DNA of 64,000 nucleotides from Eledone cirrhosa (GCA_964016885.1 OZ024742.1:326616001-326680000), one strand, 5' to 3'; counted from the first letter of the stretch, positions 14,414 to 26,767 are shown. The notes: generated by a model from the sequence alone, not told the origin. Numbers and translations: made by a program.

Positions 14414-14525
14414 GCGTGTGTGTCATTTTGCATACTATGCTCATATATGTGTGTGTGTGCGCTGGCGCGCGTGTGTGTGTGTGTGAGAGAGAGAGTGTGA
14501 GTGTGTGTGTGCGTGTACACACACT

Positions 14526-14579
<54 letters not shown>

Positions 14580-14651
14580 TATATATATATACAAGCAAAT
14601 TATAAATGTAAACATGTAAGTATGTTTTTGAAACGGTGCGCGAGTTTGAAA

Positions 14652-15642
14652 ATTAGAAATTAGAAATTATAAGCTTTCACCGTATTTTAGACTAAAGAAA
14701 TTTCTAGCCTGATAGTGGGGTTTATAACCCTCGGATAAATGGAAAAAGATGTGTGTGTGTGCGTATGAAAGGCAAGAGGGCACTGAACACTCAGTAGTTA
14801 ACATAGGAACAAAGCAAGACAGGGAAAATATCCACATAACTAAAGAAATAGCTGCTGTTGAAATGATTGTAAAATGAAGGAAAGTTAAAGCACATAAATT
14901 CTATGTTGACTTTTGTCGTAATATTTTACAATTAGAAGGGAATAATAGAAATTGTTTGCCCTGAAATACTTAAAAGCATTTTAAAATATCCTAAATTGGT
15001 TTTAAAAAAAAAAATATTCCCATATGTTTCAGTTTGCAGTCCATGAATCCAAAATAGATGTTCAACTGAATCGGTCAGAATCTTTTGTATTACATATCCT
15101 GAGGCCATTAACGTTGACTATTGGTAATGTCATAAAAGACTTTCTCCAGATGCTTGATCTGTGATGGTTATTCTTCCAAAAGGGATGGCAGTAGCTGCTT
15201 CCTTCTTCTATATTGGTCAAAACGGTTTTGGGCATATTCCTGAAGAATTGAAGAAAAATGTAAATATAGTAATAAAATAAATTAAATAAAGCAATCAATA
15301 AAATACCTAAAACAATAAGTACATAAATCCTGCTAGCCTTAGCCCTTTTGATACTAAACCACTACTAGCTTTACACTATAAAACTTATTTTAAAATATAT
15401 AAATTAAACTCTTTCATCATGATTTTCAGTAAAAATCTTTTGTAAATATATCTTCCAAACACCAAATGAATGATAAAGCAATTTTATTAAATTCTAAATT
15501 CTAAATTCTAAATTCTTGATGTGGGTTCGACTCCCATGTACGGCAACACTCATCTTTTTCCATTTCTCCGAGGGTTATAAACCCCACTATCAGGCTAGAA
15601 ATTTCTTTAGTCTAAAATACGGTGAAAGCTTATAATTTCTAA

Positions 15643-15650
<8 letters not shown>
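14652..15650. repeat. ~100 bp inverted repeats (14652-14751 / 15551-15650) enclosing ~800 bp
   Basis: Near-perfect reverse-complement arms. A B-box-like GGTTCGACTCC lies at ~15524. Confidence 0.7.
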
Positions 15651-15680
<30 letters not shown>

Positions 15681-15682
<2 letters not shown>

Positions 15683-16260
15683 ATGTGCAACCAGCAGTAT
15701 TCTTCTCACCCATATTTTTCATATATTTACCCAAACTGCAATTCTGTGTTTGTCTCTTCCTCTCTTACTGCTCCCACGTTCTCTCTGTTTCTCTTACTTT
15801 CTTTCGTCCCCTCTGCCATGCCAGTTAACTCTTTCTCTCTACTGACCTCTTCCTCGCACTCCCACTCACTCAGTCCCTGTTTCTCCCCTTCTTTCTTCCT
15901 CCCGTTCGCTGTGAAAACGGTTTTCATTCTTTCTAACACCGGATTCACTAGCGAAAGGTCTGTTGCTGACTCACTCATATATTCACACAGCTTATGCTGA
16001 AAGAATAACTATGTTGCTTGTGTTTATTTCCATCTTCGGTTAGCTTCCCCCTGTGTTGTTTACTTGTCTCACTCGCTTTATGCGTTTCTATTGTCCTAAT
16101 AACTTATTTTAGTTATTATCGCTCCAACGTGAGGTATATGATTTTTAATGCGATGAAATACCTATGATCGTTTGGTAAATCATTGATGAGGGACTCATTT
16201 TATAACATGTTATCCATGTGCAACCAGCAGTATTCTTCTCACCCATATTTTTCATATATA
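15681..16260. repeat. 533 bp-period terminal direct repeat element between (TA)n tracts
   Basis: CCATGTGCAACCAGCAGTATTCTTCTCACCCATATTTTTCATATAT at 15681 and 16214. Confidence 0.75.
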
Positions 16261-16444
16261 TATATACATATATAAAATACAATATGTTGAAAAGGTAACA
16301 CACTAGAGAGAGATACAGTGCGCTATCAATAAAACAGGGAAAAACCACCAGCGTATGGAATCTATAACCTATGAAAGGCAGACTAAAGACACGATAATTA
16401 AAAGTATAAATTAAAGCGTAAATAAATCCCTCTATAACTATATA

Positions 16445-16526
16445 ACACACGTACAAATCCAAAGAGATCTGTTTCGCCAGTAAGTTGTTGACAGAAATGA
16501 AATAACCTCGTTTCCTCAGCGTGTGT
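16445..16526 (-). ncRNA. Type I hammerhead in the ~540 bp monomer 16273-16818
   Basis: Stem I ACACACG/CGTGTGT; CTGAGGA; GAAAC; stem III ACAGATCT/GGATTTGT; GTA site. The base of stem II is mismatched. Confidence 0.7.
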
Positions 16527-16813
16527 AAGGCTATACATTTCAGACAACACTAAGAGAATTTTAAAGTGACTGTCCAGCTACACGTGGGAGAGAGAAGTCA
16601 CAGCGTGTTTAAGGGCAGTGAACCAGTGGCCTCTGAGGGACGAGCTGCTAGAAAGGGCAGCCCAAAATCACTCAGAGAAGTGTGCTCAACCAAACAGAGA
16701 AAGAGGAAAGACTGTTATAAGGAGCGAAATATCACGATAAATTAACGGAGCATTAGACTCTCGCCATTCCCTGTAAATAATGTGCTCAAAGGGGAGGAAA
16801 TCCTGAGCTCTTT

Positions 16814-16870
<57 letters not shown>

Positions 16871-16948
16871 ATACACACACATATATATATATTATTGAGT
16901 AAAATGACAGGAGGCTGGACTGGTGAAATTCCTTAAAGGTTTATTATA

Positions 16949-17008
16949 AACACTATGCACATTTCAATGACCGGGCTCTGCAAGAACCCGGTGACTTCAT
17001 CAGGTGTT
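16949..17008 (-). ncRNA. Type I hammerhead ribozyme
   Basis: AACAC CTGATGA AGTCACCGGGTTCT-TGC-AGAGCCCGGTCATT GAAA TGTGCA TA GTGTT. All three stems form. Confidence 0.85.
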
Positions 17009-17138
17009 GCGAAATGTATCTAGTAAAGGAATATGATAATGGTACACACAATCCAAGAGGCTGAAAAGTAGAGAGAAATGTTTAAGACCTGAAGGCGGCC
17101 AGAAGCAGCAGTTGCCAGCCTGGGTGACTGTCTTCAAG

Positions 17139-17217
<79 letters not shown>

Positions 17218-17545
17218 GTGTGTGTGTGTGTATAGATATATAGATATATATGTATATATGTGTGTATACATATATAAATGTGTGTATACAATATATCTAT
17301 ATATCTATATAATATATATATATGTCTAATTATATATATATACTCTTTGAATTTAATATATACTCCCGTAAGGTTGAGTAAAACTTTAGGCAGTATCCGG
17401 CTGCGCTTTATAGCAAGCAGCCTACTCGCTGACAGGCACCAATCACAAACTTTCTGCCTTGACCACTGGCCACGTGATGGTTCTTAGCCATTTTGAATTC
17501 ATTTCTGGCGGGGATCATGGTAGAAGAAACTTAGTCCAGTCTGGG

Positions 17546-17635
17546 GTATCTCCTGATGAGATCCGAGCCTCGTGGATTTATCCAAGACAGGGTATATCCA
17601 AAAAGTGGATCGTAACCACTGGTTGGTAGAGATAT
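17546..17635 (+). ncRNA. Hammerhead with one core mutation (GTAA for GAAA)
   Basis: Stem I TATCTC/GAGATA; CTGATGA; stem II GATCC/GGATC; stem III ACCA/TGGT; GTA site. Confidence 0.7.
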
Positions 17636-17958
17636 AAGAATTCTGGTAAAATTTATGTGCATTTTTTCTTCAAACTTCTATTTTGTACCTAATTCCGTGT
17701 AGTTAACTATTTGTCTAGTCAATTTCTACAGGCTAGGAGAAATATTAGGTAAGTGTCATATAGCTGTACATCGCGGAAAAGAATCTGTATCATTTGTCTA
17801 TTATTTCTTAATAAGTACATTTTAATTTCATAGCCTCGTTTAAATTATTTTTTGTGTGGTTAATTAATACTGATTGGGAGAGGAAATACTGTATATATTT
17901 TATCTAATGATTCTTTGGACTTACATTTTTATATATCTATATATATATATATATATAT

Positions 17959-18135
17959 GCCCCGACGGCTGAGCTCAAGCCGTTTCGACGGCTAATTCTG
18001 TACAGAATTAGCCGTCGAAACGGCTTGAGCTCAGCCGTCGGGGTCTTACTTACTCCTATTACCCACTCTACTACCCTAAGTATTGAGTACTTTGGTGCGT
18101 TATGGTCCACCTGGTTCCTTACCACTTTTCCTTCG

Positions 18136-18136
<1 letters not shown>
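17959..18136 (+). mobile_element. Family F: palindrome-capped element carrying the 3' half of a hammerhead
   Basis: Perfect palindrome ~17960-18043 containing GAAACGGC-TTGAGCTCA-GCCGTC GGGG. Homologs at 20285-20480, 31950-32068 and 62829-62980. Confidence 0.7.
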
Positions 18137-18176
<40 letters not shown>

Positions 18177-18439
18177 CGATTTCATATCAAAAACCTCGCA
18201 AAACTAATATATATATATATATATTATTACTTATCATTTATTTTGTTTGACCTGTTTAGCTTGATTTGTTCTTTGGCTTAGGTGGTTAATGCCTTCTTAA
18301 CCAGTTTTTCAGTTTGTATGGCGTTTTAACATATTGTTTAGCTCTAGTATTTTAACTATTGAGCGCTTGCCAGCATTTCCACGATTTTGCGTTTCGTTTC
18401 GCTTTTTCTACCAGCCGAAATACGATTCTCGCTGAATTA

Positions 18440-18504
<65 letters not shown>

Positions 18505-18858
18505 ATTTGTGTGTGTGTGTGAGTGTGTGTTTGTGTGTGTATACATATATATATAAATGTGTGTGTGTGTACATATCTATTTATATATATGTTTGTGCGT
18601 GTGAGCGTGTGTGTGTGTGTGTGCGTACGTATGTGTACATGTGTGTATATGACCCGTCTTCATCTTTATATCAACACTGTTACAGTTCAACTATAGAGGT
18701 GCTAATGAATCACAACGGTAAATGTAGGTGTATGTATCTAAATACATTCTCAAACAAGTATTAGGATGAAAAGGAATGTCGTGCAATGACGTCCCTTACG
18801 TACACAGCAAAACCACAGTAACAAGTGCACACATACACACACATGCGACTAGGCATGC

Positions 18859-18920
<62 letters not shown>

Positions 18921-18963
18921 GCATATATTTTCACTAGCTCTGACAGTTTGACAGGTGAACAGT

Positions 18964-19013
18964 GAGCTGTACTGATGAAGGGTGATACCCAGAAACATTA
19001 GTGTCTGCAGTTC
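18964..19013 (+). ncRNA. Type I hammerhead ribozyme
   Basis: GAGCTGTA CTGATGA AGGGT-GAT-ACCCA GAAAC ATTAGT GTC TGCAGTTC. Confidence 0.9.
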
Positions 19014-19402
19014 TGTTCGCATGCCAACACAAGAGCAAGAATGAAGTGTGTATTCTACTAACATGGCTATAAAATTGAGGCTTGTTTGCATAATTGCAAA
19101 CGAATCGAATGTTATTATTAATATTCGAAAAACTCAGATTACATTTATTGTATTCAGCCATGAAGAGCGAACATTTTCTTTTTTATTTGAATTTGGCAAA
19201 GCCGGCCATTTATCGCTCGTATACAGGAAACTGACTGGCCAGTCTGCTGATATGCAAATCTGGCTGATCAGTGGATCTGCTAATATGCAGATCTGACTGA
19301 TCAGCCAGTCTGTTAATATGCAAATCAGGCTCATCAGTCACTGTGTAATTTTGAAAATAGCATATATTTTCACTAGCTCTGACAATTTGGCAGGTGAACA
19401 GT

Positions 19403-19451
19403 GAGCTGTACTGATGAAAAGTGATACCAGAAACATTAGTGTCTGCAGTTC
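19403..19451 (+). ncRNA. Second hammerhead copy, stem II eroded
   Basis: Same core and stems I and III as 18964-19013. Confidence 0.7.
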
Positions 19452-19568
19452 TGTTCACGTTCCAACACAAGAGCAAGAAGGAAGTTGTTCAGTCTACTGA
19501 CATGGCTATAAAATTGAGGTTTGTTTGCATAATTGCAAACGAATCAAATGTTATTAATATTCGAAAAA

Positions 19569-19612
<44 letters not shown>

Positions 19613-19635
19613 TACATGCGTCTACATCTGAAAAC

Positions 19636-19727
19636 ATATATCTGAGGAGCTCCCGATTCCAGAGTCAGGAACGAATATTATTCGATCGTTCCTCGAGATG
19701 ATTGGCAGTGAAACATATGTAATATGT
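19636..19727 (+). ncRNA. Type I hammerhead with extended stem II
   Basis: ATATAT CTGAGGA GCTCCCGATT..AGGAACGA/TCGTTCCT..GATTGGCAGT GAAAC ATAT GTA ATATGT. Confidence 0.75.
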
Positions 19728-19846
19728 AATTAAATATGTATATGATGAAATACTGATTCTTTGTTATTATTATTATTGATACTCTGCCCATCGAATGCTC
19801 AACTTGGCATACCGCCCGGGAACGCAATTCATTTGCACCTCTACTA

Positions 19847-19912
<66 letters not shown>

Positions 19913-19956
19913 TTAGAATTGGTGCTCTGAAATAACGATATATATATGAATGTTTA

Positions 19957-20230
19957 TGTAGTGTATTTTGCAATACACTGTATGCTTAATTAAAAGCATT
20001 TCGAAGACCTTACGCTATTGTTTTAGAGTAGTGACAGTCTCACTTACTTTAAATTTTCAGCAAACAGGGGAGATAAAGCTGACAGAGCTCTGTTTCGTAC
20101 TTGTTGGTACTTATCACCCCTATTTGCTAAAAATGTAAAGTAAGTGAGACTGTCACTACTCTAAAACAATAGCGTAAGGTCTTCGAAATGCTTTAATTAA
20201 GCATACAGTGTATTGCAAAATACACTACAT
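19957..20230. mobile_element. Fold-back element with a 5'-clipped hammerhead in the loop (20077-20116, minus)
   Basis: Arms 19957-20070 and 20117-20230. Loop on the minus strand reads TGATAA GTAC-CAACAA-GTAC GAAAC AGAGCTCT GTC. Confidence 0.7.
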
Positions 20231-20235
20231 GTACA

Positions 20236-20284
<49 letters not shown>

Positions 20285-20288
<4 letters not shown>

Positions 20289-20480
20289 AAGGAGTTGTGG
20301 TAAGGAACCAAGTGGACTATAACGCACCAGAGTACTCAATACTTAGGGTAGTAGAGTGGGTAATAGGAAAATGTATGGCCCCGACGGCAGAGCTCAAGCC
20401 GTTTCGACGGCTATTTCTGAACCACAAAATAGCCGTCGAAACGGCTTGAGCTCTGCCGTCGGGGTCATACATTTTCATAT
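20285..20480 (-). mobile_element. Family F copy
   Basis: Homologous to 17959-18136; palindrome ~20367-20477. Confidence 0.75.
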
Positions 20481-20713
20481 TTCTATATATATTATATGGA
20501 TATATGTGTGTGAGTGTCTGTGTGTGATGAATTTATATCCGTATCTATACAGAATAGATGTAACCTAGATTGCGTAAATCTGTATATATATATTTACACA
20601 GCCAAGTTATATAGACGTCTAAACATATAGACGTGTAAACATGCTAAATATATGTATTTCCCTATAAATTTAAGTGGGTTTTTTTAAGCCTAGTTAGACA
20701 TTTATCAGACGGA

Positions 20714-20814
<101 letters not shown>

Positions 20815-22414
20815 GATAGATAATTTAATATATCAACTAACATAAGCGCACAGATGCACGCCCATGCTAGCAAATACACAGGTTATGTCATAGTACCTAG
20901 GTGGTTCAATGCAGGAGAATGCAGAACAATAATATAAAAGACGTAAAATAAGAAAATATCTTTTTTAAAAAAAAAAATTTTTTTTTAATTTTTTTACTTA
21001 CTTAAATTTTCACTCCAACTAATTAGTTTCTGCAATGGGATAAAGACAGTTACGTAATCCAACTGTCGAGAATTCATTGCGTCATCAGGGAGTCTATTCT
21101 CAGTTAAGTCTCCAGGCAATGCGCGGACACTGGCGGCTCATATAAAAATAATAATAATTCGGTAGATCGAACAGCTTGCGAGGACTGGATTCTATGTACC
21201 GAAATTCTCACTGCTTCAAGTCAAATGGCCGATTCTAAAGAATCAATCACGTGACACAGAGGCTAGTTAGAAGGAATGGGATGGTAAGATGACTGACGCC
21301 TACTAACACCCCAAAAAAATTTTTTTTAGAAGTGGTTTTGGCAAGTTTGCTCGACAAATCAGTGATTTGGAGATAAATATAGATAATTTAATATATCAAC
21401 TAACATAAGCGCACAGATGCACGCCCATGCTAGCAAATACACAGGTTATGTCATAGTACCTAGGTGGTTCAATGCAGGAGAATGCAGAACAATAATATAA
21501 AAGACATAAAATAAGAAAATATCTTTAAAAAAAAAAAATTTTTTTTTTTAATTTTTTTACTTACTTAAATTTTCACTCCAACTAATTAGTTTCTGCAATG
21601 GGATAAAGACAGTTACGTAATCCAACTGTCGAGAATTCATTGCGTCATCAGGGAGTCTATTCTCAGTTAAGTCTCCAGGCAATGCGCGGACACTGGCGGC
21701 TCATATAAAAATAATAATAATTCGGTAGATCGAACAGCTTGCGAGGACTGGATTCTATGTACCGAAATTCTCACTGCTGGAGTGAAAATTTAAGTAAAAA
21801 AATTTAAAAAAAATTTTTTTTTTTTTTTAAAGATATTTTCTTATTTTACGTCTTTTATATTATTGTTCTGCATTCTCCTGCATTGAACCACCTAGGTACT
21901 ATGACATAACCTGTGTATTTGCTAGCATGGGCGTGCATCTGTGCGCTTATGTTAGTTGATATATTAAATTATCTATATTTATCTCCAAATCACTGATTTG
22001 TCGAGCAAACTTGCCAAAACCACTTCTAAAAAAATTTTTTTTCGGGGTGTTAGTAGGCGTCAGTCATCTTACCATCCCATTCCTTCTAACTAGCCTCTGT
22101 GTCACGTGATTGATTCTTTAGAATCGGCCATTTGACTTGAAGCAGTGAGAATTTCGGTACATAGAATCCAGTCCTTGCAAGCTGTTCGATCTACCGAATT
22201 ATTATTATTTTTATATGAGCCGCCAGTGTCCGCGCATTGCCTGGAGACTTAATTGAGAATAGACTCCCTGATGACGCAATGAATTCTCGACAGTTGGATT
22301 ACGTAACTGTCTTTATCCCATTGCAGAAACTAATTAGTTGGAGTGAAAATTTAAGTAAGTACAAAAATTTTAAAAAAAATTTTTTTTTTTTAAAGATATT
22401 TTCTTATTTTACGT

Positions 22415-22420
<6 letters not shown>
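20815..22420. mobile_element. Family A multimer: ~1.7 minus-strand monomers (563 bp period) fused to ~1.1 plus-strand monomer
   Basis: HHRs at 21012-21093 (-), 21575-21656 (-) and 22263-22344 (+). Inversion junction at 21778/21779. Confidence 0.9.
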
Positions 22421-22489
<69 letters not shown>

Positions 22490-23074
22490 TATATAATTAA
22501 TATATATATATATATATTAATTGACGTGTGTATGGAGTTATATACTATATGTTTATGTATAGTAAACTTACATAAGCTCCGTCATGGATATATTAAGCTG
22601 TGATTATAAGAAAGCTACATGAGTAGTCAGAGACGTATTTTAGTATTTTTATTCATCATCTGTAACGTCTACTAACTCAGTGCTAAGACAAGGATAGGCT
22701 ACAACTTATATACAAATAAAATACCCATTTGCATATAGTGTGAGCTTCACCACCTAGCTATGAACATTGTAAACTTCATTATGAATCACGCTGAATCAAT
22801 ACTAGAGCTAATTAACCCTAGCCGGTCAAGCTCGCATTGTGTACAAATGTTCCTCTCCAGCAAAAGTTTTATTCACAAATATTATATAAGCTGTAGAGTG
22901 TTGTTAGACACGTGATGGAATAATGGACGTAAAGGAAGTGAGTGAAGGATATGGAGAAAAAGAGAGAGTAGAAAAGGGGGGATCAGAGAAAAGAGGTGGA
23001 GTCACGTTTTGATTGAATTAAATAAAAATGAAAGCGGACTATCTATCTATGTCTATCTATGTCTATCTATCTAT

Positions 23075-23821
23075 CTCCCTGGCCTGGCAGTGCTGCCGAG
23101 GAGCTCTACCAGTTCGAGACAAGCTCTACAGACACGGGCGTCCGGGCAGGGACCCTTCGAAAAAGATCTGTCCGAGATGCGTGCGCGACGAGGAAACCGT
23201 CGCTCACGCATTTGTACACTGCCCGGGCGTTACCGATCTGTGGGGCTATGTAGAACGACTATTGTCGCGGGTGGGACCAATCCGGTTGACCACCGAGTCC
23301 ATTGTCATAATCAAACCGCCACCCACCTTCAAAAACGAAGGAGAGGCGGTTTTCCTTTGTGTGATAGCTATGGCGAAAGAGATTGTATGGTGGACGAGGT
23401 TAAAAGGGCTGAGGTCAGACACCTTTCTCTCCGGCGAACAACTGATTCTTTTTTTCAAATACCACTTTGGAAGAAGAATCAGGATGGAGAGAGAGGTGCT
23501 GTACCCTAGCAAGTTTTATGAAAGGTGGGTGAAAGTAGCGAGAATGGTCCGAGTGAATGGGCCTTCTCTCTATATCAGCCTGTAGGTTGAGGAAAAAGAG
23601 GAAGAGAGGAAGGGGTTACAAACTCTTCGTACTCCTGGAGATGAGGGTTGCACATGTTTTTCGGGAGTATGTGTTACCCATATGAAATGTCTCCCCCTAT
23701 TGGGGAAAATCGACTAACTGTTTAATTACATTTGTGATAATATTTTACCCGTTTTATTGTATATAAACTTCCCCCTTTGTATTTGTCCCCTTCTTTTGTG
23801 CCCCTGTGGCTAATAAAGAAA
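23075..23821 (+). pseudogene. 3' end of a Tx1/L1-like LINE (zf-RVT/CCHC domain plus 3' UTR)
   Basis: LAWQ..RGALPVRDKL..CPRC..EETVAHAFVHCP, stop at 23585, tail CCCCTGTGGCTAATAAAGAAA. Flanked by CTAT repeats. Confidence 0.8.
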
Positions 23822-23876
23822 CATATCTATCTACCTATTTATTTATATCTATATATCTATCTATAAATCCAAATAG

Positions 23877-23935
<59 letters not shown>

Positions 23936-24174
23936 GACAGACAGTCAGACAGATAAATAGATAGATAGATAGATAGATAGATAGGTAAATAAACTGAGAG
24001 ATAGATATGTAGAGAGAGAGAGGGAGAGAGAGAGAATGAGAGGGAGATAGATAGATATAGATAGAGAGAGAGAGAATGAAAGAGGGTGAGATAGAGAGAG
24101 AATGAGATAGGTAAAGGGGGAGAGGGAAAGACAGATGATAGATCGATATATGGTATATATATATATATATATAT

Positions 24175-26767
24175 AATGGAAAATTTGAACAGGAACAAAA
24201 CAGAGAGGCAGTACAACGAATGTTTATTAATTTCACGCTCTTGAGAGTGGGGTGGTGGTGGGAACGACGTTTCGGGCATAAGCCCTTCTTCAGGTGAAAA
24301 GTGTGTGGGAAGAGAGTTCAAAGGGTGTGTAGGGGAATGGTGGAGAGACATATAGCAAAAAGGGTGTGGGAGGAAACGGTGCTAATGAAAATAAAAATAA
24401 AAACATGATCAAAATAAAATTAAAATGGGGTAAAACAGGTGGTGGAAGGGTGTGGGGCGTGTAGGGCTGGTGGCGGGTGGAGTGGGGAGAGGGAGACGGG
24501 GTGTCCGAGCGGGGAGGGCTGAAGGTGGTGTGTGTGTGTGTGTGTGTGTATGTGAAAGCAAGGGTTGGGGGAAGAACGGGGTTGCATGTTCAGGAAGAGG
24601 TGTGTGTGGGGTGTAGGTCGGAGTGTGTGTGCGTGTGTGGATAGAGGGGTGGGGGGAGAGGAATCCGGAGGCTGAATGTGTAAATATGTGGCGGAACGCA
24701 CGTGTGTGTGGTGTTTAAGCGTGTTGTGGGTGTAGGTGGCGTGTGGGAAAAAACATTTTTTGGGGGTGTGGGTGAGTCATGAAGGTGATTCCGTAAGAAG
24801 ATGTGGAAAGGTTGGTAAAATCCTAGGATGGTAGTTGATTCCACGGTCAAGGTTCACATACGAGGAATCCGTGAAGAGATGGTTGGAAGAGGGGAGATGT
24901 GGGGTGCGCGCGCAACAGGAAGTGGTCAAGGCAGTAGGAGTGCTGTGTGTCTATGTGTGCGGGGAGGTGGTCAGAAAGCATAGCAGCAGTAGGGTGGAAT
25001 GGTAAAGGGGCGAGGATGGGTAGGTTTGAAAGTAGGAGTAGGGAGGGGGTGTGGGTGGAGCGGGGAGAGAAGGGGGTGGGGGTCGATGGAGGGAGTGTGG
25101 TGTACTGGTGTGTGTGTAGTTTGATGAAGGGGGTGTTAGTGGGTGTTAGTATACAGGAGGTGGAGAAAGGGTTGAATGCGGGTGGGGGTCAGTGGTGGTA
25201 GAGTGTGTAGAGTTGGTGATCTAAGAGGGTGTGTGTGTACGTGTGCGTGGAGTTGGGGGGTGTTAGTGATGTTAGTTGCGTGTAGGGTGGGTGGTGTAAG
25301 TGGGTCCGTGTGTTCGTGTGCTTGGGGTCAGGGGGTGTTAGTGATGTTAGTTGCGGGGTGGTGGGGTGGATGTGTGGGGGTGAGGGTTAGTGGTGGTAGT
25401 AGGGTGTGTGTTTAGTGTGAGCGCGTGTATGCATGTGCCGGTGGGTGGGTGTGTGTGATAAGGAGGGGGGAGAAGAAGGGTTAGTATGTTAGTTGGGGAA
25501 GGGTGGTCGGATGAGGGGTGGAGTGAAGGTGTTAGTATTGTTAGTTGTGGGGTGGGCGGTGAAAAGGAGGGGTGTGTTAGTGGTGTTAGTGGGGGATATA
25601 TGTGGGGGAGGGGGGCGGTCGAAGGCTAAAGGAATAAGGGTGGGGAGTTCAGGCCGGGGGGAGTGTGGGTCTGTAAGATGAAGATGGTTCTTTGTTCAAC
25701 TCTGAGGAGATTGGCGGGTGTTCCGTGGCATTGGAGTAGGCCACAGACTGTGAGATGGCGTGCGGAATGTCCAGGGGCACCAAAGTGGCGGGAGATGGGG
25801 GAACTACCACCGAGACGAATATCCCGGAGGTGCTCAGTGAATCTGTCCGCCAGGCGACATCCCGTCTGTCCGACGTAAGTCGCGCGAAGTCCGTAGACTA
25901 GGTTGGAGGAGGTGCAGCGGAAGGCATGCCGGACAGAGAGAGAGTTGCCGTTGGGACCCTGGAAGGTGGTGGTGGTGGTGATGTGGGGACAGGTGTTGCA
26001 GCGGGGCCTAGAACAGGGAAAGGAACCGGGGGAGAGAGTGTGGGTTGGGGGTAGGGAGCTGTGGACGAGGAGGGTGCGGAGATTGCGTGCGCGTTTGAAG
26101 GAGGGGGGTGGGGGTGGGAAGATGTGGGAGGTGGAGGGGTCGGACTGGAGGCGTCGGAAGAGGCGGCGGATGGTGTGGTGGGGGGGTAAGGTGGATGGGT
26201 GGTAGGTGATGAGGAAGGGGAGACGGTGGGTGGGTGTGCGGTGGGGTGAGGGTGGTGGAGCGGTGGACAGCACGGGCGCGGGTGAGAGCGGTGTGGACGA
26301 GAGGGGGGGGGGGGGGGGGGGGTAACATCTACGGATGAAATGGCTGACTAGGGAAAGGGCCTGGGACTCGAAGTCAGCATCTCGGCTACAGAGGCGGCGG
26401 ATCCTGAGGAGTTGGGAGTAGGGAATAGAGTGTTTAGTGTGTGTTGGGTGGGAAGAGGTGAAGTCGAGGTAAGAGTGGGAGTCGGTGGGTTTGAAGAAGG
26501 CGGAGGTGACGAGGGAGTGGTGGGAGGGGTCGAAGGCGACGGTGGTGTCTAAGAAGTGGACGTGGGTGGTGGAGATAGAGGTGGTGAAATGGAGGGAGGG
26601 GTGGAAGGAGCAGAAGAAGGAGAGAAAGGAGTCGAGCTGTTCTCGGGTGAGGGTCGTGGCTCCGATACAGTCGTCGATGTAACGACCGTACAGTTCGGGC
26701 GTGGGGCCGGTGTACTGGGCAAAGATTTGGGCCTCAACATGGCCAACAAAAAGGTTGGCATAGTTCG
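24175..26767 (-). mobile_element. 5'-truncated Penelope-like element (Neptune-type)
   Basis: RT motifs YANLFVG..YGRYIDDC..FLD..KPTDSHSYL..SIPYSQLLRIRRLCS (26340-26765). Linker CSRPRCNTC and GIY-YIG-like NLVY..YVGQT..RFTEH..GLN (25626-26273). Confidence 0.9.
24263..24296 (-). ncRNA. Minimal PLE-type hammerhead in the 3' region of the Neptune-like PLE
   Basis: CTGAAGA AGGGC-TTAT-GCCC GAAAC GTC. Confidence 0.75.

Larger units (their letters stand above)
18917..19570 (+). mobile_element. Tandem HHR element, 439 bp period (1.5 units)
   Basis: Direct repeat starting at 18921 and 19360. Each unit carries an HHR. Confidence 0.85.
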
